The position numbers were made by a program, and so were the translations under genes. The notes beneath the pieces are model-generated. The model saw only the letters and a list, made by a program, of their open reading frames with translations. It was not told the DNA's origin and did not search any database. Shown piece after piece: positions 20,233-28,850 of a DNA stretch of 64,000 nucleotides. The stretch's first letter is position 1, and each line of letters opens with the position of its first letter. The stretch is from a virus: the IMG/VR virus record IMGVR_UViG_3300005613_000049, positions 5,309-69,308 of that record; one strand, given 5' to 3'.

Positions 20233-20263
20233 TTATATATTCTCCTTATAAAATAATCAATCA

Positions 20264-20512
20264 CTACACCTTATCAATCATTGTATTTACTACAGGAAGT
20301 CTGCCATTTTTAACAATATGAGCAACCTGAAATGCACCCTTTACACCAAAAATAATCCCAAAAATGGTTGCAAGGTGAGCACCACTGATAAGTCCATAAA
20401 TACATAACACAACACTAACAGATATAGATAGCACTTTAACTGAAATTAACTGAACAAAAAATTTCTGAAGCCATAAATCCCAAAATTCCCAACTAATTAT
20501 AGAACCATTCAT
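20264..20512 (-). CDS. small membrane protein (holin-like)
   Basis: Two hydrophobic segments. Confidence 0.4.
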   Translation of the reverse strand: MNGSIISWEFWDLWLQKFFVQLISVKVLSISVSVVLCIYGLISGAHLATIFGIIFGVKGAFQVAHIVKNGRLPVVNTMIDKV

Positions 20513-20533
20513 AATAAAACACTCCTTTACAAA

Positions 20534-23500
20534 TTATTTTTTATGTAACAAAGCTTTATTACTAACAAAGGATCCAACTGAGGATGAAGTACTATTAATA
20601 AAGCTAGAAGGCTGTACAAACATAGACCCCGGACTATGTGACCTGACAAGACCGTTGTCTGATAAAACAACTATTTCTTCCTTTACCTGCCTACTAAATT
20701 CCCTAACACCCCAGGCAGCCAGTATTAAAGCCGAATATAAGTCCTTATTTTGACCTTTCTTAGGAGTATCAAAATGTCTTACACCCCTAGATGTCTCTGT
20801 GACTACAATATTCAACATTTGAGATTTCAAAAGCCTGATCTCTTCATATAACTTTTCCTCCACATTAGACCCTTGATTTAATACTTCAGGAAATCTAAGG
20901 TGTTCATTTTCTATTAAAGCCAATGTATCAAAATTAGCATCGGAAATCCACGAAGGTGACGGATTTACCAATTGTAATATACGTTTACCGTCCTTTCCCC
21001 TTGAATTTTCATCATCTATATCTAAAATAGGAATATGTCCATTATACCCCTCTTGTAATAGATCTCGTATAGGCTTACCACCGCCTTGAGAATCCATAAA
21101 AATACCCTTAACATTAAATTTATCTGTTAGCTCTTGTATATATACAGTCATTTCCTGTGTAGTCTTTTTCTTAATACCTCTAACAAACACTATTCTATTC
21201 AAATTACCAATTTCTATAATAACTAAGCCACAAGAAGCTGACCCACCCTGACTTGGATCAACCCCTAATACATACTCTTTACCCTTTTCACCATTTAAAC
21301 GTATACCAAAATTACTACCATTAGTACAATTTTCAAGCAACGAAGCTTTAAAAAATCCATCACTATCACTAATCATAAATGCCTCGTATTCCATCATAAA
21401 CTCAATAGACGACATAGTCCTTTTAGCTTCTTTTATATTCTCACCATCTAAAAACCCTTTGGGAGCCATTTGGTAAGGTACTTGATAAACAGCGTATTTA
21501 GTATTTTTTTCCTCCTCTACAATCGCCCGCCAATAAGCCTTCATTCTTTTCCACATATGGTTAAATTTAAAATATCCAGAGGAGGACATTATCATTTTAT
21601 TTGCAGCTTGATCAATTACATCTTCCTTAGAAGCTAATCCCTTACTTATCAATCTTTCCATCTCTTCAACATACCTCGCCTTTTCCATAGGTTCCAGCAC
21701 AACAGATGCCATTGGGCGCAAAACCAAATCTATGATAGCTGGGGGAACCTGAGCTAATTCATCAATTTCTATTAAATAAAAACGTGATCCTCTAATTTTA
21801 GCCCCATCTATTCCTAACGGCAAAGCTTCTATATGACTACCATTAGAACTATTTGTCCCCTTAAACTTTAAATAACAAGTATCTGATCCACGTACCGGTC
21901 TTTTTTCACAAGCCTCCCTTAAAATAGACGACCTTGTATATAATTTTTCTACTTCAGAAAAAACCATCTTTGAGTTGTGGTTTATAAAACCACCAGCAAA
22001 ATAACAATGCTCATTCATTACTTCTATATCAATAGTTTTAGCCTGGTGTGGGGTAAATTTCACAGGCTTTACAAATACCAAGTCTAAATCAATAATTCTT
22101 TTGAGTTTATAATACTCTTCTGTTACCACACCATGTTTTTTAGCGAAATTAACTAATTCCTTTATCATATACACACAATAATTAGATCTTCTACCATACT
22201 TCTTTTTAGCAAAATATTTTTCTAAAAAATCATCGCTAGATATTCGTTTACATGATTGTGCTAAAGACACAACCGCTTCGTATGAGTTTGGTATAGTATT
22301 ATTAAAATTGATTACCCTACATCCATTTAAATATTCTTTTAATTTCGATTTCTTTCTATACAATTTAAATCCAATGTATTTATCAAAGTTCTTCAAATTA
22401 TCTGGTCCATTAATACGAACCCCATAACATGTTGACCATTTGGATTGGCCACCCCCACTATAAAAAAATGGCCCTGTTTTTTTTTCTTTTTTCCTAAAAG
22501 TTGATAAAATACCAAAATTCAACAACATAGCTTGAACTTCTTTTCCAAGTCTCTTGCTAGTGGTGGACAATTCTACAGCAGCCGACGTGTATCTCTTACC
22601 AATAATAACATGGCAACTACCATCTGTATCAAAAAGACCATTTAAAAAACTAGATACACATTCCATATTTGACTTTTTTATACTATCTAACATATACTTG
22701 TCCTTAGCCGTAGTATCCGACATTCCCAAATATTTAAGAAATTGCCATAACATAACGCTATACGTTTCTATTTTAAAACAATTATTTATTTTATCAACCC
22801 TTGCCTCAAGATTAAATTTATTCCTCAAAATACTTAAATATATATCTTTCAATTCTACATCCGCAGTTGCAAATCCAATTCCCCAAGTTGTTTTATTTTT
22901 ATTAGATATAAAACCGTCCCCACATAAAAGTCCTAAAAAATAAGCTAACTCCTTATCCATAGTTATTGGAATATTAATTTCTTTTGTATATCCATTCTTA
23001 CTTTTTTCATTCTTTCTAAACTTAAAACCACTAATATCTAAATTATTACCAAACAATTTAAAACCTTTTTTTATAGATATGTTATCATTATTATTTATAT
23101 CCTTAAGATTTTTATATATCAAATTCAATCCACTATCTAATACAAGAATTCTATGGTCTAATAAACCACCTATCTTAAATCCTTTAGTGGTTTCAATTAT
23201 TAACCCCTTCTGCTCATTATTAAGCCATTTATTTAATATATAATTAGAATTTTCTAAAGACTGTATTTTTGTATCTTCCATTATAGAATTATAAAACTCT
23301 ACCGGAGAACTTACCATACCATTATTAGTAAATATAGGTAAACAATCCAAATCATTAAAAAAACATTGTCTAAAACTAGGACCAATAAGACCTACCCTGT
23401 ATCCTGGAAATAACAAAGCATGTAAAACAGCATTAACTGCTAACATAAACGTCTTTCCTAATCCACGCCCCATTACTATTAAAACAAAATTTTTAAACCA

Positions 23501-23650
23501 CATATCCCTCAGAATAACTCTTTGAATAGGAGCCAAATCAACTTTCAATAAATCATATGATGCTAATACTGGATCATTTCTATACAACTCTATCATTTCA
23601 GTGCCTTGATCCATTATAACATCTATATTATCATGTAACTCTATACTCAC
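20534..23650 (-). CDS. terL: terminase large subunit with intein
   Basis: Walker A GRGLGKT, IRGSRF, Walker B IEIDE, MSSS, nuclease LGVDP, DLYSA. Confidence 0.92.
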   Translation of the reverse strand: MSIELHDNIDVIMDQGTEMIELYRNDPVLASYDLLKVDLAPIQRVILRDMWFKNFVLIVMGRGLGKTFMLAVNAVLHALLFPGYRVGLIGPSFRQCFFNDLDCLPIFTNNGMVSSPVEFYNSIMEDTKIQSLENSNYILNKWLNNEQKGLIIETTKGFKIGGLLDHRILVLDSGLNLIYKNLKDINNNDNISIKKGFKLFGNNLDISGFKFRKNEKSKNGYTKEINIPITMDKELAYFLGLLCGDGFISNKNKTTWGIGFATADVELKDIYLSILRNKFNLEARVDKINNCFKIETYSVMLWQFLKYLGMSDTTAKDKYMLDSIKKSNMECVSSFLNGLFDTDGSCHVIIGKRYTSAAVELSTTSKRLGKEVQAMLLNFGILSTFRKKEKKTGPFFYSGGGQSKWSTCYGVRINGPDNLKNFDKYIGFKLYRKKSKLKEYLNGCRVINFNNTIPNSYEAVVSLAQSCKRISSDDFLEKYFAKKKYGRRSNYCVYMIKELVNFAKKHGVVTEEYYKLKRIIDLDLVFVKPVKFTPHQAKTIDIEVMNEHCYFAGGFINHNSKMVFSEVEKLYTRSSILREACEKRPVRGSDTCYLKFKGTNSSNGSHIEALPLGIDGAKIRGSRFYLIEIDELAQVPPAIIDLVLRPMASVVLEPMEKARYVEEMERLISKGLASKEDVIDQAANKMIMSSSGYFKFNHMWKRMKAYWRAIVEEEKNTKYAVYQVPYQMAPKGFLDGENIKEAKRTMSSIEFMMEYEAFMISDSDGFFKASLLENCTNGSNFGIRLNGEKGKEYVLGVDPSQGGSASCGLVIIEIGNLNRIVFVRGIKKKTTQEMTVYIQELTDKFNVKGIFMDSQGGGKPIRDLLQEGYNGHIPILDIDDENSRGKDGKRILQLVNPSPSWISDANFDTLALIENEHLRFPEVLNQGSNVEEKLYEEIRLLKSQMLNIVVTETSRGVRHFDTPKKGQNKDLYSALILAAWGVREFSRQVKEEIVVLSDNGLVRSHSPGSMFVQPSSFINSTSSSVGSFVSNKALLHKK
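21974..23365 (-). mobile_element. LAGLIDADG intein in TerL (464 aa)
   Basis: PSFRQ|CFFND...GGFINHN|SKMVF junctions; FLGLLCGDG and FLNGLFDTDG motifs. Confidence 0.9.
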
Positions 23651-23676
23651 CTATTTATTTCCCCCCCCAACAAGGT

Positions 23677-24222
23677 TTATTCATCTGTATCAACTACGCT
23701 CACATCTTGATCATTTTTGTTACCAATCAATAATTCAGATTTAAGTATTTCCTCTTCCTCCTCTTTAAATTCAATAACCTTGCTAAATATCTTTCTTTTC
23801 TTATCCATATCATAGGCTACTGCTAAATCTACTATTGAAAATCCACTAAACTTTTTAGGATCTATTCTATCCTTTCTGCGAGCAGCTAAACTCTCTTTTA
23901 ACTTCTCTGTTTGCTTCCTTAACTTTTCTATTGATGCGGAAGCATCTAACAATTTATCTGTATTTGTATCCTTACTATGTTTTAACAATCTTGTTTCCAA
24001 TACTTTATTTAGAGCTATACTCATTAAGTCATCCATGTCATTAGCAGTGAGATTATCCTCATCAAAATCCTTCAAATATACATTGATCAAACCCTCATAC
24101 ATTTTAACCTCATCTTTCTCAAATATATCAGAAATTGGCATTACCTCTTCCATAAGTTCTCTAAACTTTGTATTTTTAGGCCTACCTCTACCTCTTTTTA
24201 ACGTCATAGATTCCTCCAACAA
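23677..24222 (-). CDS. putative terminase small subunit
   Basis: Immediately upstream of terL; AT-hook-like RGRGRPK; helical. Confidence 0.45.
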   Translation of the reverse strand: MLEESMTLKRGRGRPKNTKFRELMEEVMPISDIFEKDEVKMYEGLINVYLKDFDEDNLTANDMDDLMSIALNKVLETRLLKHSKDTNTDKLLDASASIEKLRKQTEKLKESLAARRKDRIDPKKFSGFSIVDLAVAYDMDKKRKIFSKVIEFKEEEEEILKSELLIGNKNDQDVSVVDTDE

Positions 24223-24235
24223 GATTATAGCTTAA

Positions 24236-24721
24236 TTATATAATTAAATTATATAATTCTTCTAATTCTTCGGTAAGTCCTTTTTCTATTAACTCTTCTT
24301 TTAACAGAATAAGGAATTCTGGCGTGGTGTTGTGACTAAAATTGTTTATTTCAAAACCATATTGTAACTCTAACTGATCAATAAAAAACAACCTTTTTTC
24401 TGTTAAAACATCTTCTGTTTTATCTAGGTTGTTCTCATTGTCTACTATCCATTTACATGCTTTATCAGGAAACTCCTTATATTCATATTGTAAACTTTTA
24501 GATAACGGATCTTTCTCACGAAAATATTTACTAAGTGATTTAGATATCTTATTTTTTGTTTCCTCTGAATGTGACGTACCTACACGACTTTTCCTTATTT
24601 TATTTTTAGTCTCTATAGTAACCCTAAACCCAGTAGGTCTCCCAGGGTGTTTATCCATATCCATATTATTATTAATATACTTATTATTATCTTCACTATT
24701 AGTATCATCTATAATTTTCAA
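24236..24721 (-). CDS. NUMOD3-motif DNA-binding protein
   Basis: ETKNKIR and HSEETKNKISKS repeats; no nuclease motif recognised. Confidence 0.55.
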   Translation of the reverse strand: MKIIDDTNSEDNNKYINNNMDMDKHPGRPTGFRVTIETKNKIRKSRVGTSHSEETKNKISKSLSKYFREKDPLSKSLQYEYKEFPDKACKWIVDNENNLDKTEDVLTEKRLFFIDQLELQYGFEINNFSHNTTPEFLILLKEELIEKGLTEELEELYNLII

Positions 24722-24734
24722 TTTCTACCACACC

Positions 24735-25223
24735 TCACATTTTTACATCATTAATAGAGCACTTTATAATCCTATCATCTCCAAAAATCTTAATACTAAC
24801 AAACAACGTGTCACCACTAATACCAACCAGTACGGCTTTCATACCACTAAAAGCTGTGTTTATTAATTCGACACTTTTACCAACCTCAACTATATTATCA
24901 GGAACAACATCTTCATATCTCAATCTATTTATTTTTTTAATCCTATTGATCTCATCAATAGGGCATTTTCCTATATATGATGATATCCACGTACAATTAT
25001 CTAGTTTGGATAATAATTCGATACTATATTTATATTTAATAAATAAATAGTTAGAATATAAAGGAACCTCCCTCGTCTTTATACCGGACTTAGTATTATA
25101 CTCCTGATATACTATTGGATACAATATTTCTTCTATTTCTGATAAATATTCTAAAAATCTTAATATCTTTTTATATTTTTGTGGGTTTATTGTCCACACA
25201 TACCAACAGGATTTAGTCATCAT
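24735..25223 (-). CDS. NusG/RfaH-family transcription elongation/antitermination factor
   Basis: NGN domain WYV...PLYSNYLF..YIG; KOW domain VGKSVELINTAFSGMKA...VSIKIFG. Confidence 0.8.
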   Translation of the reverse strand: MMTKSCWYVWTINPQKYKKILRFLEYLSEIEEILYPIVYQEYNTKSGIKTREVPLYSNYLFIKYKYSIELLSKLDNCTWISSYIGKCPIDEINRIKKINRLRYEDVVPDNIVEVGKSVELINTAFSGMKAVLVGISGDTLFVSIKIFGDDRIIKCSINDVKM

Positions 25224-25485
25224 CTAATAACTCCACTAAAGAACTTTTTTTACAATTACTACAAATAATCATAACTGTATTTTTTGGAGCCATAAACACA
25301 TGCCCACATTCACAACATCTAAATAAACACTGTCTTCCTACACGTCTTGGTTTAGAAAAAGTAAACGGTAAATTTTTATAATCATCAGCAAATTTTGATT
25401 CCCTATGTATCTGGTCTCTTAACTTTTTTTCACCACCATCTGGCAACCATCTACGTTTAGTATTACCTGGACTAAGTTCCCCCAT
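25213..25485 (-). CDS. zinc-ribbon protein
   Basis: CCECG...CSNC. Confidence 0.55.
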   Translation of the reverse strand: MGELSPGNTKRRWLPDGGEKKLRDQIHRESKFADDYKNLPFTFSKPRRVGRQCLFRCCECGHVFMAPKNTVMIICSNCKKSSLVELLDDD

Positions 25486-26094
25486 TTATCTACCGTCCTC
25501 TCTACTCAATTCTATAAACCCTAAACCATCCCTACGTAAAAAATCCACTTTTATAAAACGTTTAGAAGCTATATAATCAGACATATACATACAAAGTTCT
25601 TCCTGTGTATATTCACGTAGAGGTTTTTTCACAGATTCTAAAGTCCATGGTCCATAATGGTGAAATACTGACCAATATATAATATTAGCAGCCTCCTTAT
25701 CCAACTTATCTTTAAAATCACTGTTATATACATCAGCAATTAATTGTGCTGCTAATTGTGGGTGATTTCTCACAGTATGCCCAGTAGACTCAAACCCCTG
25801 TTTAACTAAATCATGTAATAACACAGCTGATAATACCAAATCTCTATTATACTCGCAATCTAAACCTCTACTCAACTCATAAGCCACAGCAAAAACCTTT
25901 CTCTCATGTAATATTGTACCATCACCACTGAGTTCATCAATAGGATGATACTTACCAGAAGACGAACTAGGACAATCCCAAAATACATAATCCGGAGCCT
26001 TACCTATAACTGCTTTGGTAAAATCCCTTACATCCGCCCTCGCTATTAAAGACAACTCAGCTTTAAACAAATCCAATCTTTCCTTTAATTCCAT
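25486..26094 (-). CDS. HD-domain phosphohydrolase
   Basis: SSSGKYH, G.ILH, LLHD, H, HH, D motif pattern. Confidence 0.8.
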   Translation of the reverse strand: MELKERLDLFKAELSLIARADVRDFTKAVIGKAPDYVFWDCPSSSSGKYHPIDELSGDGTILHERKVFAVAYELSRGLDCEYNRDLVLSAVLLHDLVKQGFESTGHTVRNHPQLAAQLIADVYNSDFKDKLDKEAANIIYWSVFHHYGPWTLESVKKPLREYTQEELCMYMSDYIASKRFIKVDFLRRDGLGFIELSREDGR

Positions 26095-26110
26095 TACGTT
26101 CCCCTTTCTA

Positions 26111-26347
26111 TTAACGTGTAGGCAAATTAACGTTATCTACACTCAGTCTAATTTTCCTCACAGCAATACTAGGATTTTGAGCATTATACCCTAGTTGACC
26201 AGTAGTAACCCTACCATATGCCCTAGGATATTGGTCATAATCCATAAATCTCAGTCTATCGTCTCTAGAAAGCGTAGCACCTTCACGATATCTTATAAAC
26301 CTAGATCCTATATCACTCATTGGAATAGCCATTGACATCACCCCCAT
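26111..26347 (-). CDS. hypothetical protein
   Basis: ORF in operon. Confidence 0.45.
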   Translation of the reverse strand: MGVMSMAIPMSDIGSRFIRYREGATLSRDDRLRFMDYDQYPRAYGRVTTGQLGYNAQNPSIAVRKIRLSVDNVNLPTR

Positions 26348-26366
26348 TAAATTTAAAACAACACTA

Positions 26367-26657
26367 CTAATTAATACTTTTTATCCTTTCTTTAAAACTA
26401 CTAAATTCATCAGCGAATTTCTCTTTGTTATCATCTATAATGTCTTGATTTGCAGACATCCAACTCATTAAACTCATTACAAAATCAGGAACATTGTCAC
26501 CCTTCCATTCATACGACACCCTCATATATTCGTCTTCACTTACTTTTACACCAATACTTGCGTATCTATAATCCTGACTCTTATAAATATCAGCTCCAAC
26601 AATATCATCTGGTACAATACTAATAGTTAAATTTTTATCTTTTTTACTACTTGCCAT
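26367..26657 (-). CDS. hypothetical protein
   Basis: ORF in operon. Confidence 0.5.
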   Translation of the reverse strand: MASSKKDKNLTISIVPDDIVGADIYKSQDYRYASIGVKVSEDEYMRVSYEWKGDNVPDFVMSLMSWMSANQDIIDDNKEKFADEFSSFKERIKSIN

Positions 26658-27291
26658 GCACTGTTACCCCCTTTTTTATGGACATGTTATGTAAAAATAA
26701 AATAGCCTTAGCTACATGTTTACTAGACTCTTTTAATTTATCCAAATCACTGTTATTATCAATGTCAATATCAAAATGCTTATAATTATCTAACCCAATT
26801 TCTGATATATGTTCACTATTATGAATACCATCAACTTTTCTATTAATACGGATAAGAAAACCTCCTTCTTTTTTAATATACTCAGCCTCATTAATATGAC
26901 GCACATCTGGTATTATAACATCTTCATAACCGTCAACTTTAGAAAGTACTAAACTTGTGTTTAACTTCCTAACCCAAAAATCACAATCAAGACTTCTATA
27001 AAACTCGCCAAATGATTGCATAATTTCACGTGGAGTCCAAAAAACCGAATACTCAGGATCTCCACCCATAGTATACTTCATAAAACGAGTATCTTCTACT
27101 TCCTTTTTATTTCCATACATCTGGTCATAATCTAAACCAAAATGCTCTTTACACATACTTTTTAGATCATCTGCAAAACACTTCTTAATAAACTTTTTGT
27201 TGTATTCAGTATCGAATACATTCATCAGGAAATCAGCCATTTGATCTTTTCCAGACCCAGCTTTTCCAGAAATACCTATCAACATACCCAA
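26647..27291 (-). CDS. deoxynucleoside monophosphate kinase (T4 gp1-like)
   Basis: GISGKAGSGKD, FADDLK, TPREIMQ, IPDVRHINE, HISE. Confidence 0.85.
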   Translation of the reverse strand: MGMLIGISGKAGSGKDQMADFLMNVFDTEYNKKFIKKCFADDLKSMCKEHFGLDYDQMYGNKKEVEDTRFMKYTMGGDPEYSVFWTPREIMQSFGEFYRSLDCDFWVRKLNTSLVLSKVDGYEDVIIPDVRHINEAEYIKKEGGFLIRINRKVDGIHNSEHISEIGLDNYKHFDIDIDNNSDLDKLKESSKHVAKAILFLHNMSIKKGVTVHGK

Positions 27292-27314
27292 ACCTCCTAT
27301 ATACTAACCAATCC

Positions 27315-27572
27315 TTACCTACCAGAAATATTTTTTAGGTTTTTACTTACTATTTTTAGATCATTAATTACCTTGCCAAACTCCGTATTAATTTTTTTAA
27401 AGCCGTCGCCAACCTTATGTGATTCTGTGTAAAGAACATCATTAGTACTTTTTCTTTGTATCGGTATTAATTTTATAAGATATTCTTTACACCCAACACA
27501 CTCAGATTCATTCTTATAAAGCCCCTTTATTTCACCATCATCATAAAAATCTACGAAATATTTAAGTATCAT
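27315..27572 (-). CDS. hypothetical protein
   Basis: ORF in operon. Confidence 0.45.
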   Translation of the reverse strand: MILKYFVDFYDDGEIKGLYKNESECVGCKEYLIKLIPIQRKSTNDVLYTESHKVGDGFKKINTEFGKVINDLKIVSKNLKNISGR

Positions 27573-27585
27573 TAATTACCTCTTA

Positions 27586-28035
27586 TTAAATTTCAGCATC
27601 CCATAATTTATTTTGTACTTTAATATCTAATGTCTTAATATCTGACCTAAGAGACTTAATTTCGTTATGTAACCTCTCTAAAATAGTATTATTAACATCT
27701 GGTTTAAAAAGATTAATAAATCTATAATAATATCCTAATTTATCACTCATTGTATCTTTAACCACCATTGTTTTTCCCAAACCTATAGTAGAATCATTTA
27801 ATTCAATAGATAAATCATCCTTAGCTTTGTCTATTAAAAATATAAACTGCTGATATTTAGTGTATAACTTATCAAGATCATCAAGTTTACCTGATAACAC
27901 CAACAAGTTTTTATTAGTTTTATCCTCATTATCATTATTTACTGAACTAACTAATAAATTTTCTATAATATTGCATAAATCCTGTATAGATTTGTATACA
28001 TAATCTTTTTCTATAAAGGCCTCTGACAACAACAT
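27586..28035 (-). CDS. hypothetical coiled-coil protein
   Basis: ORF in operon; MLLSEA start and terminal W recall DIP1984-like proteins (weak). Confidence 0.45.
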   Translation of the reverse strand: MLLSEAFIEKDYVYKSIQDLCNIIENLLVSSVNNDNEDKTNKNLLVLSGKLDDLDKLYTKYQQFIFLIDKAKDDLSIELNDSTIGLGKTMVVKDTMSDKLGYYYRFINLFKPDVNNTILERLHNEIKSLRSDIKTLDIKVQNKLWDAEI

Positions 28036-28036
28036 A

Positions 28037-28264
28037 CTACTCCTCCTCTTCTACGACAACCTCCTGTGCTTGAATACCTTTATCAGTATCTACTAACACA
28101 AAAGAAACCTTTTGACCAGGTTTTAGTGTTTTATACCCAGACATGTTTATATAACTGTAATGAACAAAATATTCAGAATCATCATCCTCCTCCTGAACCA
28201 AAAATCCATATCCTCGCTCAGCGTTAAACCACTTCACCATACCATCAACTCTTTCTTCCGACAT
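28037..28264 (-). CDS. csp: cold-shock domain protein
   Basis: GMVKWFNAERGYGF, FVHYS, GYKTL..GQKV. Confidence 0.92.
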   Translation of the reverse strand: MSEERVDGMVKWFNAERGYGFLVQEEDDDSEYFVHYSYINMSGYKTLKPGQKVSFVLVDTDKGIQAQEVVVEEEE

Positions 28265-28281
28265 AATAAAAAAATCCTCCC

Positions 28282-28767
28282 TTATATATATAAATTTTTT
28301 ATGTAATTGAGCGGGACTATCTCATAATCATGTAAATCATCTTTTAACTTCAACTGCTTGTTATTTCTACCCTCCACATATCCACAATGCACCCATCCCG
28401 AAGGAAAAAATTCTGCTATAAGTTCTCGATACTCACAATTATTATGAATCCACTCCAATAAATCTATTAAACTAACACCATCTTTCAAAGGCTCTATATC
28501 AACCGCACACCCAAAACAATGTAACGACCTATCTGAACCTTTGATAGCTGTGTTTAATTTCTTACTTCTATATCCAGACGTAATTCTTATACCACCTAAT
28601 ACATCTCTAACAGGCTGTAAAATATTTACAGCTAATTTTTCTATATTAATCCAATGATAATCTGTAGGTATATTACTAATTCCTAATCTCAATGCTGTAG
28701 AAGACTTAACAAATTCACGATATTTAAAATTTGGTGCTCCAGGTATTTTACTATTTAAATCTCTCAT
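28282..28767 (-). CDS. peptidase M15 family (putative endolysin)
   Basis: ITSGYRS, S.H..G.AVD, WVH. Confidence 0.85.
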   Translation of the reverse strand: MRDLNSKIPGAPNFKYREFVKSSTALRLGISNIPTDYHWINIEKLAVNILQPVRDVLGGIRITSGYRSKKLNTAIKGSDRSLHCFGCAVDIEPLKDGVSLIDLLEWIHNNCEYRELIAEFFPSGWVHCGYVEGRNNKQLKLKDDLHDYEIVPLNYIKNLYI

Positions 28768-28810
28768 AATTTATTTATCTCCCACAAAAATTTAAATCCT
28801 TACTTAAATA

Positions 28811-28843
28811 TATTATAGAATATTTTTTTGATTTTGCTAGATA
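28811..28843 (-). promoter_or_regulatory. conserved 33-bp promoter, copy 1
   Basis: Minus strand TATCTAGCAAAA-N9-TATTCTATAATA, i.e. CTAGCA-17-TATAAT. Confidence 0.7.
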
Positions 28844-28850
28844 ATTATTT

